Shown: in pieces, positions 23,598-35,384 of the stretch
Numbering within the stretch: the first letter of the stretch is position 1
Layout: each line of letters opens with the position of its first letter
Assembly: GCA_030390025.1 (NCBI GenBank)
Contig: CM059431.1
Coordinates: forward strand, 135,658,001 to 135,722,000
Source of the DNA: Squalus acanthias
Taxonomy: Eukaryota
DNA length: 64,000 nucleotides
Direction: 5' to 3'
The notes under the pieces: model-generated
What the model was told of the DNA's origin: nothing
Databases searched by the model: none
What the model saw: only the letters and a program-made list of their open reading frames with translations
Position numbers and translations under genes: made by a program

Positions 23598-25285
23598 CAT
23601 AGGAATATAGGGACAGGAGTAGGCCATTCAGCCCCTTGAGCCTGTTCTGTCATTCAATTAGATCATGGCTGATCTGTATCTTATCTCCATCTATCCAACT
23701 TGGTTCTGTAATCCATAATACCCTTGCTTACAAAAATCTATCAATCTCTCTTTAGAAATTTTCAATTGACTTAGCCTCAACAGCTTTTTGGGGGAGAGTG
23801 TTCCAGATTTCCATTATCCTGTGTGTGAAAAAGTGCTTCCTGACATCACATATGAATGGCCTAGCTCTAATTTTAAGGTTATTTCCTCTTCTTCTGGACT
23901 CCCCCACCAGAGGAAATAGCTTCTCTCTATCTACCCTATCGACTCCTTTAATCATCTTAAACACCTGAATTAGTTCACGCCATAATTTTCTATACTCAAG
24001 GGAATACACACCTAGTCGATACAACCTGCCTCATAATTTAACCCTTTTAGCCCCAGTATCATTCTGTGAATCTGCGCTGCACCCCATTCAAGGCCACTAT
24101 ACTGAACTCAATACTCTAAATGGGGGTTGAACCAGAGCTTTATATAACTGTAACATGATTTCCAGCTCTTTGTATTCCGGCCCCCTTGAGATAAAGGCCA
24201 ACATTCCATTAGACTTCTTAATTTTTTTTGTACCGCTCCACTAGCATTTAGTGATTTCTGCACTTGGACCCCTAAATCTCTGCTCATCACAGTTCCTAGC
24301 TGCTCACCATTCATAAAATACCCGATCTATCTTTCTTGGGTCCAAAGTGGATGACTTCACACTTCTCCACGTGGAACTCTATCTGCCACAGTTTTGCCCA
24401 CTCGCTTAATCTATCAATGTCCCTTTGCAACTTTCTACTCCCATCTACACTATTTACTGTGCCACCTAACTGGGTGTCATCAGCAAACTTGGATATATGG
24501 CACTATATTCCTTCATCTAAGTCCTTTTATAAATATAGTGAAAAACTGTGGTTCCAGTACAGATTCCTGGGGTCACCACTCATCACATTCTGCCAATATG
24601 AGGGCCTATCCATTATCCCACCCCCTAACCAATTCCCTACCCAAGTCAAAAGGTTGCCTCCAATTCCATGTGCTCTCATTTTTGTTATGAGGAACCTTAT
24701 CAAAAGTCTCCTGGAAGTCTATATAAATAACATTCATAGACACTTCCTTAGCTACTACATTAGTTACCTCCTCAAAAGTTTCAACTAGCTTCATTAGACA
24801 TGACTTACTCTTTACAAATCCATGCTGGCTCTCTGATTAGTTCATATTTGTCCAAGTGCTCAGTCACTCTGTCCCTAATAACAGATTCTAGCAACTTCCC
24901 CACCACAGGCGTTAGACTAATAGGCTTAGAATTTCCTAGTTTATCTTTCCTACCCTTCTTAAATAATGGGGTGACATTGATAGTTTTCCAATCCAAGAGA
25001 CAATTCCTGAATCAAGAGAGTTTTGGAAGATCATGACCTGTGCATCTACAATTTCCTCGCCTACTTCTTTTCATTCCCTGTGGTGGAAACCATAGGATCC
25101 TGGAGATTTGTCTATCTTCCATCTCATTATATTTTCCATGAACAATTTTTTAACTTATATTAAATCAATAATTTCCTCCCCTTGATTTATTTGATTTTTT
25201 TTGTATCACTGGTCCTTTATTCTAATCCTCTGCTGTGAAGACCAATACAAAGTAAGTATTTAGCAAGACTACCATTTCCTGATTT
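23598..25285 (-). mobile_element. Older CR1 LINE 3' portion
   Basis: ORF fragments 24805-24996, 24606-24794, 24108-24314, 23752-24024; CR1 3' UTR. Confidence 0.9.
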
Positions 25286-25289
25286 TCAA

Positions 25290-25500
25290 GAATTCCTTTA
25301 ATTTTGAAGTGTAATCACTGTTATATAGGCAAATGTAGCAGCAATTTGTCCAGACAAAGGTCCCAGCACAGCAAATTAATCAATTGACAGTTCATTTGTT
25401 TTTAGTGGTATTGAGAGAGGAATATTGAAGGACACCAGAAGAACATACTTTTCACCCATGGGATCTTTCAAGTATGTCTAAGTGGGTTGCAGGACCTTGT
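25290..25500 (-). mobile_element. Degenerate DeuSINE fragment
   Basis: TTTTGAAGTGTAATCACTGTT..GCAGCAATTTG..CCATGGGATCTTT matches the reverse complement of 2692-3140. Confidence 0.55.
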
Positions 25501-26085
25501 TTTAATGTCTCCCTCCAGAATGTCCATTCACTTGTGAACAAGGCCCTTGCCATCCATGACCTTATCGTGGATTATTGCATCAACATCATGGCCTTGAAGG
25601 AAACCTTGCTTAGGGGTGATAACACCTTACCCCTAAATGAAGCCTCCCCGCCTGGCTATACCGCCCAGACCATCGCGATGGTGGTGTGGCTCTTATTACC
25701 AAATCACACATTGGTCTGACGAAGGGTTTCGACCTGAAACGTTAACTCTGTTTCTCTCTCCACGGATGTTGTCTGGCCTGCTGAGTTTTTCCAGCGTTTT
25801 CTGTTGTTGTTTCACACATTGGTCTATCCCCCTACTCCTCTGGAACTTTCTCCTCCTTTGAGCATCTCACCTTGTTCCACCCCTCTAACCACTCATTTAA
25901 AATCCTCGTTCTCTACCACCCACCCAAGTACCATAAAAATGTTCTCACCGAGATGTCGTCACTGCTTTCCTTCCTCAGCCTTTGTACCGAGCGACTTCTC
26001 ATCCTCGGTGATTTCAACCTCCATCTCAATTCATCATGCTCTCTCTGCTCTGAGTTCACTGCCATCCAATCCTCCCTTAATCCCT
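25501..26085 (+). mobile_element. L2-clade LINE ORF2 endonuclease region (5' piece)
   Basis: LQNVHSLVNKA..ALKETLL..PPGY; VLYHPPK..LLILGDFNLHLN; pyrimidine-rich sense strand typical of L2. Confidence 0.8.
25718..25811 (+). mobile_element. Penelope-like fragment starting within the hammerhead core
   Basis: (CT)GACGAAGGGTTTCGACCTGAAACGTTAACT..; 14-bp TSD TCACACATTGGTCT at 25704-25717 and 25812-25825. Confidence 0.85.
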
Positions 26086-26089
26086 TAAG

Positions 26090-28445
26090 GGGGAAAGTTA
26101 TCTGGACACTTTGATCCAGGAGGCAGTCACATTCCTTAGGTTAAGTAGTGGTATAGGTCTGGTTAGTGGTCAGGGACAGAAGGGTGTGACTGCAACTCAG
26201 GCAGGTAAGGGGACCCCAGGTGCATTGCTGGAGTAGCCTCGGCCTTTGTCCTTATCCAACAGATATGAGGTTCTTGTTGCCTGTGTGGATGAGGGCAAAG
26301 TCTGCAGGGTGAATGAGCAAACTGACCACGGCACCATAGTACAGGAGGCCATTCAAGTGGGGGGAGTGAGAAAGAATGTTGTAGTGGTAGGGGATAGTAT
26401 AGTCAGGGGGATAGATAATGTTCTTTGTAGCCGCAACAGGGCGTTCCGAAGACTGTGTTGCCTGCCCGGTGCCAGGGTTAAGGATATCTCCTCGCGGCTG
26501 GAGGAGAATTTGGAGTGGGAGGGGGATGATCCAGTTGTCGTGGATCATGTAAGAACCAGCAACATAGGTAGAACCAGGAAAGAGGTTCTGCTGAGAGAGT
26601 TTGAGGAGCTAGGGTCCAAATTAAAAAGTAGAACCTCAAAGGTAATAATCTTTGGCTTGTTACCTGAGCCACGTGCAAATTAACATAGGGACAAGCAGAT
26701 CAGAGAGTTAAATGTGTGGCATAAAGAGTGGCATGAGAGGAAGGGGTTTCGATTTATACTGGCACCAGCACTGGGGATAGAGGGAGCTGTTCCAATGGGA
26801 AGAATTCAACTTAAACTGGGCTGGGACCTGGCGAATCAAATAGCTAGGGCTGTAGATGGGGCTTTAAACTAAAAAGGGTGGGAGGGGTCAGGTGAGGGGA
26901 AATTTAGAAATGTAAAGAGAAAAGTCAAGGCAATGGAGCAGTGTAGCGATTTGGGTAAAGATAAGCAGAGTGTGACATAAGAACATAAGAAATAGGAGCA
27001 GGAGTAGGCCATTCGGCCCTTCGAGCCTGCTCCGCCATTCAATGAGATCATGCCTCAACTCCATTCACCGGCCCTATCGCCATAGCCCTTACTAGTCAGA
27101 AATCTATCGATTTCTGGTTTGAATATACCCAATGACTGAGCCTCCACAGCCCTCTGTTGTAGAGAATTCCAAAGATTCACCACCCTCTGTGTGAAGAAAT
27201 TTCTTCTCATCTCAGTCCTGAATGGCCTACCCTTTATCCTGAGGCTGTGGCCCCTGGTTCTAGACTCCTCAGCCAAGGGAAACATTCTCCCAACATCCAC
27301 CCTATCAAGCCCTGTAATAATTTTGTATGCTTCAATGATATCCCGTCTCATTCTTCTGAATTCAAGAGAATACAGGCCTAGTTTACTCAATCTCTTCTCA
27401 TACGACAGTCCCGCCATCCCAGGAATCAATCTCGTGAACTTTCGTTGCACTCCCTCTATGGCAAGTATATCCTTCCTTAGGTAAGGAGACCAAAATTGTA
27501 CACAGTACTCCAGGTGTGGTCTCACCAAGGCCCTATATAATTGGAGTAAGACTTCTTTACTCCTGCACTCAAATCCTCTTGTAATGAAGGCCAGCATACC
27601 ATTTGCCTTCCTAATGGTTCGCTGCACCTGCACATTCACTTTCAGTTACTCATGTACAAGGACACCCAGGTCCCTTTGAGCATCTGCATTCCTCAATCTT
27701 TCACCATTTAGGAAATACTCTGCCTTTCTGTTTTTTCTACCAAAGTGGATAACTTCACATTTATCCACATTATATTCCATCTGCCAAGTTCTCACCCACT
27801 CACTGAGCCTGTCGAGATCCCCTTGAAGCCTCTTCACATCCTCTTCACAACTGACATTGACACCTAGGTTTGTATCATCAGCAAATTTGGAAATGTTACA
27901 TTTAATCCCCTCATCCAAATCATTGATGTAGATTGTGAATAGCTGGGGCCCAAGCACCGATCCTTGCAGTACCCCACTAGTCACAGCCTGCCATCCTGAA
28001 AAAGACCCGTTTATCCCTACTCTTTGTTTTCTGTCTGTTAACCAATTCTCAATCCATGCTAGTATATTAGCCCCAATTCCATGTGCCATAATTTTGTTCA
28101 CCGACCTCTTGTGTGGGACTTTCTCGAAGGCCTTCTGAAAATCCAAATACACCACATCTACCGGTTCCCCTTTGTCTACTCCATTAGTTACATCCTCAAA
28201 GAACTCCAATAGGTTTGTTAAACAGGATTTCCCTTTCATAAATCCATATTGACTCTGCCCAATCTTACTATTAGTTTCTAAGTGCCCAGTTATTGCATCC
28301 TTTATAATAGATTCCAGCATTTTCCCAACTACTGATGTGACAGGAAGGGACAGAGAATTTAACGGTAATAGTGCATCAGTGAATAAGATGAAAGTGGGGA
28401 ATAATGGTTAAAAAGTTAAAATTAACGGCTCTTTATCTGAATGCA
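26090..28445 (+). mobile_element. CR1 LINE 5' part: ORF1 SGNH-esterase-like domain and start of ORF2
   Basis: LSNRYEVL..VVGDSIVRG..CCLPGARVKD (26246-26683); LYLNAQSIHNK near 28425; split by the 26978-28335 insertion. Confidence 0.9.
26978..28335 (-). mobile_element. 5'-truncated CR1 LINE
   Basis: ORFs 27646-28320 and 27055-27639; TSD TGTGACA at 26971-26977 and 28336-28342. Confidence 0.95.
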
Positions 28446-28857
28446 CAAAGCATTCATAACAAGGGATCTACAAGAAATGAAACCAGCCTAAATATAAATG
28501 AAACAGGAAAGGATAGCATAGGAAAGACTAAACTAAGGGAGGACATAGATGGCCAGGGAATAAATAGAGTTATAGAACTGGAATGTAAAAAGGTGGTTAA
28601 AAATAAAGTGAGATGAACTGCTATTAAAAATGAGTTATACTGTCTGTACAGCAATGCACACAGTGTCTGTAATAAAACAGGGGAACTGGAGGCAATAATA
28701 CGTTGCGAGGAACCAGATATAGTAGGGATTACTAAGACATGACTGCAGAAAAATCAGGACTGGGAATTAAACATTGCAGGGTACAATATATTTAGAAAAG
28801 ATAGAGAGGGAAAAGGGGAAGTGGAGTAGCTGTACTTATTAGGGATAACATAATGGC

Positions 28858-28998
28858 ATATCATATAGAATCATAGAAATTTACAACACAGAGGGAGGCC
28901 ATTCGGCCCATCTTGTCTATGCTGTCCGAAAAACATCTATCCAGCCTAATCCCACTTTTCAGCTCTTGGTCTGTAGCCTTGTAGGTTACAGCACTAGA
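28858..28998 (-). mobile_element. Short CR1 3'-end fragment
   Basis: CATAGAA tail and GGCCATTCGGCCCA 3' UTR motif in reverse orientation inside the host CR1. Confidence 0.7.
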
Positions 28999-29927
28999 AG
29001 GCAGTAGAAAAAAGTGGCGCAGATATCAGTAAGACAGAAATAGAATTCATGTGGATAGAGATAAAAGATAATAAAGGATCAATCACACTAATAAGGGTAG
29101 TCTACAAACCACCTAATAGTGGAAGTGAGGTGGAGGAAGAAATATGCAAACAAATTAGGGAAATGAGTAAAAAACATAGAATAATAATCATGGGGGATTT
29201 CAACTACCCTAAAATTAATTGGTCAGATGAGGTAGGTAAAGGGGATAAGGGAATAGTGTTCCTATAATGTTTGCAGGACTCCTTTCTAACCCAATATGTA
29301 AGAAGCCCAAAAAGGGAGGATTCGCTACTGGATATAGTAATGGAGAATAAACCAGAGCAGATAAGAGAATTAAAAGATGGGGAACATCTAGGCAGTAGCA
29401 CCATAATATAATACGCTTTAAGATAATAATTGAGAAGGACATAAGTATGATGAAGACCAGGGTAATAGACAAGGGAGAAAAGCCAATTTTGATGGGCTGA
29501 GAATAGAACTTGGGAAAATAAAATGGACAGCAATATTTGCAAACAATGATGTAGAACATTTAAAACATTTAAAATATATTCCATTAAAAACAAGAACAAG
29601 CTAAACACTAATGAGATACCATGGATGAATAAAGACATAAGGGAAAAATTGAGGGTAAGGAAAGAGGTATACACTAAATACATGGACAGAAGGGGAGAGC
29701 ATGATAAGGGAGAATATGAAGAAATTAGGAGAGAAGTCAATAAAACAATTAGGAAGGTAAAGAGGAACTATGAAATTAAATTATCAAGGAACATAAAACA
29801 AAATAGTAAAATATTCTACAGGCACATAAATAAAAAAGCGAAAGTCAGGATGGGAATAGAGCCACTAAGGGATGTTCAGGATAAAATTACAGGTAGCAAC
29901 AGCGAAATGGCAGAAATATTAAATAAT

Positions 29928-30693
29928 GGGCCAAAAATTCGGCACTTGCCGGGTGAGTACGCGCTGTGTACTCACCCGTAAGGCCTCCTGAAGTGCTGGT
30001 TTCCTGCATGCACTGCGCATGCGCGGGAAACCGGAACTTCCGGTCTCGTGAAGGGAGGGGTTGAGAGGTGAACCGCGTGCGCGGGAGAGGCTGCGCGCAC
30101 GCAGCGAACTTATGTTTTTTTTCAGGTTTCTCTGGGAAGGTAAGTATGGAAGAAGCTGCGCTTTTAAAAAGGAGGCGCAAGACCCGTTTTTAACAAGGTA
30201 AGTGGTTAATTAATTACAATTAAAAAAAAATTTCAACAGGTTTATCTTTTTTAGATACTTTAAAGAAAGGTAAGTTTATTTTTAGCACTGTTAAAAAGTA
30301 TTTTAATTTTTTCAAAAATGTTTATTTTTGTTTAAAGCAGTTAATTTATTTAACTTATAGTTATTTTAAAAATGTGATGGTTTTTTTTTAAATTTATTTG
30401 AAGTTTAGGTGTTGTTTTGGGGCCGATTTCAATTCATAGATTTGACAGGTCTTCCTGTCAAATCTATGAATGAAAGATGGTCTGCTGCCATTGGCTCTCC
30501 ATGGCCCACGTGATCCCAGGGGACGCATCGCACTAACTACGCCCCTGGGATACACAAGCACTGCGCACCGGCAGCTGCAGGAGGCCCAGGAGCTGAAGTC
30601 CCCGTGGGCCCAGAGGTCAACGGCAGGCGCGGTAGGTAGGTGCGCGCGGGATCCTTGCACTCGCGGGAAGCCAGGGAGCCTAATTTCTGGGCC
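29928..30693 (+). mobile_element. Hairpin-rich Harbinger-type MITE, family 2 (766 bp)
   Basis: TIRs GGGCCAAAAATTCGG / CCTAATTTCTGGGCC; interrupts the CR1 codons EILNN|.FASLF; several internal hairpins; homologous to 47076-49472. Confidence 0.85.
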
Positions 30694-32042
30694 ATAGACT
30701 TTGCTTCATTATTTACCAGGGTGACATATCAGGTGGACATGACCTCAGAAGATGAGATTAGAAATTATATAACAGCATTTAACATAAAAAGAGGAGAAAT
30801 ATTGAATAAACTAATCAAACTCAAAGAGGATAAAACCCCTGGTCCAGACGGATTACATCTGTGCATTTTAAAACAATCTAGAAAAGAGACAGCAGAGGCA
30901 CTATTACATATATTTAATCATTCATTCGAGGACTGGCGGACAGCTAACATAATACCTATATTTAAGAAGGGAGATAAAACATGTCCATGGAAGTTTAGAC
31001 CAGTCAGCTTAACATCGGTGAAAGGAAAAATAATGGAATCTCTACAGAGGAAAGAATAGAAGAACATCTAGAAACCAAAAATATAATAATGAATAGTAAG
31101 CATGGATTTCAAAATGGAAACTCTTTCTTGACCAACCTCATTGAATTATTTGAAGAGGTAACAGAGAGAGTGGACAAGGCTAATGCAGTAGAAGTAATGT
31201 ATCTAGATTTCCAAAGGGCTTCAATAAGGTACCACATAATAGACTAGTGCAAAAGGTCAGAGAATGTAGAGTCAGGGGAAAAGTAGCAGAATGGATAGCC
31301 AGCTGGCTTCAAGACAGAAAGCAGAGAGTAGGGGTTAAGGGTAGCTATTCACAGTGGCAGAAGGTGGAAAGTGGTGTCCCACAATGATCAGTGCTGGGAC
31401 CACTGTTGTTCACAATTTATATTAATGATTTAGACTTTTGCAATCAAGAACACAATTTTTAAATTTGCTGATGACACCAAATTGGGGGGGATAGTCAATA
31501 CTGAGGAGGACTGCAACAAATTATAGGAAGACATTAATAAACTTGCAGAATGGCATATAATTGGCAAATGAAATTCAACACAGATACATGTGAGCTATTA
31601 CACTTTGGTAAGAAAAATAAGGAGCTCACATATTACTTGGAAAATAAGAATCTAAATGGGGTAGAGGAGCAAAGGGATCTCAGAGTACAAATACACAAAT
31701 CACTAAAAGTAGTGACGCAGGTTAATAAGGCCATTAAAAAAGTAAACCAAGCACTGGGGTTTATTTCTAGAGGGATAGAATTGAAAAGTAGAGAAGTTAT
31801 GCTGAACTTGTATCAAACCTTGGTTAGACCACACTTGGAATACTGTGTACAATTTTGGTTGCCATATTATAAAAAGGATATAGAGACACTGGAGAGGGTG
31901 CAGAGAAGATTTACAAGGATGATACCAGAAATGCGAGGTTATACCAATCAGAAAAGGATGAACAGGATGAAAAGGGAATGCTGAGGGGTGACCTAATAGA
32001 GGTCTTTAAAATTATGAAAGGTTTTGATAGAGTAAACACAGA

Positions 32043-32792
32043 GAGCTGGATTTTGTCTTGGGGTCGGGTTGGGGTCGTGTAATCCGCATTTCGTGTTTCC
32101 CCCCCCCGACTCCAGATTAATGTGGATGCCTGATGCAATTTTCACTTAATTGGGCAATTGAGTTGCAGCATGTGGGAACCCATGAACTAATTAGTGTTTT
32201 CAGTCTGAAAGTCGCCTCTGATGATGTCATCATTGCTGACTGCCTGCTCTCAGAGATTGTCTGGCTAGTGGTGAGAGAGGACCTGTCTGCATTACTTCTG
32301 ATGTGAATGAATGAATGAATGAATAAGAGAGAGAGAGAGAGAGAATTTTTTGCATCCAAGTCCTCTTACACCAAATGCCATGACATTGAATGTAGCAGTA
32401 TCAGAGGCGACTTTCACACCTAATACTACTACTACCTTCATCACATTTCCGTTGTAATAGTGGACCTGCAGCCGATAGTCAGCTATCCACTTGTGCTCCT
32501 GCCAGGTTTCATTGGAGTGTTTCACACCAGGCGTGCTTCACGTCAGAAAAGGGTTAAACTAGCTACAACGTTTCAAAATAGCATTACAGAGCCAATTTAG
32601 GGCTTGTTAAGGGCTTTAATGGCCTCTCCCGCCTCTTGGAGGCGGGACGGAGTCAGGAACCTCGCGACTGATTTTGTCAAAATTGCGTGGAGGTGGGATG
32701 GAGTCGGGATGGGGTCGGAAACCCCGACCCCGCAAATTTAACCCCCCACACGCCTCCAAACCCGACTCCATGGGTCATTCAAAATCCAGCCC
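32043..32792. mobile_element. Harbinger-type MITE, family 3 (750 bp)
   Basis: TIRs GAGCTGGATTTT / AAAATCCAGCCC, TSD AGA, interrupts CR1 ORF2; GGGTCGGG/CCCGAC subterminal repeats; internal (GAAT)n(GA)n. Confidence 0.85.
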
Positions 32793-33114
32793 AGAGTGTT
32801 TCCACTTGTGGGGAAGAGCAAAACTAGAGACCAGCCATATAAGATAGTCACCATGATATCAAATAGGGAATTCAGAAGAAACTCCTTTACCCAGAGAGTG
32901 GTGAGAATGTGGAACTCGCTACCACAGGGAGTGGTTGAAGCGAATAGTATAGATGCATTTAACGGGAGGCTAGATAAGCATGTAAGGAGAAGGGAATAGA
33001 GGGTTATGCTGGTAGATTTAGATGAGGAAAGATGGGAGGAGGCTCGAGTGGAGCATAAATGCCGTCGTGGACAGGTTGGGCCGAATGGCCTGTTTCTGTG
33101 CCGTATATCCTATG

Positions 33115-34159
33115 TGTTTTTGTGACTGGAAGGCTGTTTCCAGTGGGGTTCCGCAGGGCTCAGTACTAGGTCCCTTGCTTTTCGTGGTATATATCAACGA
33201 ACTTGACTTGAATATAGGGGGTATGATTAAGAAGTTTGCAGATGATACTAAAATCGGCTGTGTGGTTGATACTGAAGAAGGAAGCTGTAGACTGCAGGAA
33301 GATATCAATAAATTGGTCAGGTGGGCAGAACAGTGGCAAATGGAATTCAATCCGGAGAAGTGTGAGGTAATGCATTTTGGGGAGGGCTAACAAGGAAAGG
33401 GAATACACATTAAATGGTCGGACACTGAGTAGTGTAGAGGAACAAAGGGACCTTGGAGTGCATGTCCACAGAGCCCTGAAGGTAGCAGGCCAGGTAGATA
33501 AGGTGGTTAAGAAGGCATACGGAATGCTTGCCTTTATTAGCCGTGGCATAGAATACAAGAGCAGGGGGGTTATGCTTCAACTGTATAAAACACTAGTTAG
33601 GCCTCAGCTAGAGTATTGCGTGCAGTTCTGGTCACCATATTACAGGAAAGATGTGATTGCACTAGAGAGGGTACAGAGGAGATTTACAAGGATGTTGCCG
33701 GGAGTAGAGAATCTTAGCTATGAGCAAAGACTGGATAGGCTGGGTCTGTTTTCCTTGGAACAGAGGAGGCTGAGGGGAGACCTTATTGAGGTGTATAAAA
33801 TTATGAGGGGCATAGATAAAGTGGATAGAAAGGACCTATTTCCCTTAGCAGAGGGATCAAAAACCAGGGGGCACAGATTTAAAGTAATTGGTGGAAGGTT
33901 TAGAGGGGATTTGAGGGGAAATTTCTTCACCCAGAGGGTTGTAGGGGTCTGGAACTCACTGCCTGAAAGGGTGGTAGAGGCAGGAACCCTAACCACATTT
34001 AAAAAGTACTTGGATGTCCACTTGGGATGCTCTAACCTGCAGGGCTACGGACCAAGAGCTGGGAAGTGGGATTAGGCTGGATAGCTCTTTGTTGGCCGGC
34101 GCAGACACGATGGGCCGAAATGGCTTCCTTTTGTGCTGTAACTTTCTATGATTCTATGT
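33115..34159 (+). mobile_element. Young 5'-truncated CR1 LINE
   Basis: ORFs 33022-33390 and 33377-34075; TTCTATGATTCTATG tail; nearly identical to 63460-64000. Confidence 0.95.
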
Positions 34160-35120
34160 AATCTCTCTCTCTATGTAAACTCCCCAACTCATATTCCGGG
34201 CCACCCATCATGTCAATCATAGATAAGGCTATCTCTGACCACTTCTTGTATTGCTCTCCACTCACATCCCCCTTCCCCCCCCCGCATCCCTACTTCCTTC
34301 TGTGTCCGCCCCTGGAAAAAGTTCTCCCCCAACTCACTTACAACTGCACTTACAAAATCCCAACTCTCTAACCTTTGGCCCTCCATTCACCACAACATTT
34401 CTGCAGCTACTAATCTGCTCAACCACACCCTCACCAACACCTTTGATGCCCTAGTCCCATTAAAATCTCTCTCACCCTAGCTGTTCCCCCTGGGACGGCC
34501 CTCATCTCCGCTCCCTTAAGTCCAAGGGACACAGACTTGAATGGATATGGCGAACAACTGGTTTAGCCAGAAAGAACTATCGGGTTCTGCTCTCATCTGC
34601 TAAAACTGCTCAATATTCCTTGGTCATTCTGGAATACAAAGATAACCCCTGGCTTCTTATCTCTACTGCGAACCATCTTCTTACACCCATCTTCCCTGTC
34701 TCCACCACCCTCACCTCCAATAACAAGTGCGAGGAGCTCATGGACTTCTTTGTCTCAAAGATTGAGACCACCCGATCAACTGCCACTGCCACTTACTTTC
34801 CTTTGCCGAGCCTACTTGGCCAAACTTCCTGTAAGCTTCCCCCCCGCCCTAGCCCTGAACTCACATCTTTCTACAGTTTCTCTCTGAGTTCTCCTCATGC
34901 CCACTCCAAGCAGATCTTGTCCATGAGACCCACTTCCTGCTCCCTCGAACTTATTCCTACTAAACTGCAGACCACCCAACTTCCTCTTCTGGCTACCATG
35001 TTAGCTGATATAGTTAACAGGTCACTCTCCTCAGGTACTAGCTCCCTCTCCTTCAAATCTGCCATCATCACCTCTCTCCTCAAAAAACCAACCCTTGACC
35101 ACTCCATCCTTGCAAAATAC
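34160..35120 (+). mobile_element. L2-clade LINE ORF2 (continuation of 25501-26085)
   Basis: VNSPTH..ISDHF; ELMDFFVSKIETTRS; PTSCSLELIPTKL; IVNRSLSSG..FKSAIITSLLKKPTLD. Confidence 0.8.
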
Positions 35121-35384
35121 CCCCCACCCCCGAAACCCAGAGCGCGAGCTCATCCAGCTGACGACACTTCCTGCACACATGGTTGTCCAGGACACGAGAA
35201 GCATCCTGGACTTCCCACATGGCACATGATGTGCATTCGATGGGACTGAGGTGCCCTGCCTACCTCTTTTTATGAATCTACTAACTAAACTTCTTAGTTT
35301 AACCCACTGCCCTAACTTAGAGAGAAAAAAGACAAAATTATTTACTTAATTTTAAGAAGAATGATTGAGATACTATAACATAAA

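Larger units (their letters stand above)
28446..33114 (+). mobile_element. AT-rich older CR1 LINE (most of ORF2 to 3' UTR), with nested insertions
   Basis: LYSNAHSVCNK, IIMGDFNYP, DKTPGPDG, KFADDTK, RPHLEYCVQFW, RVVRMWNSLP. Confidence 0.9.
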
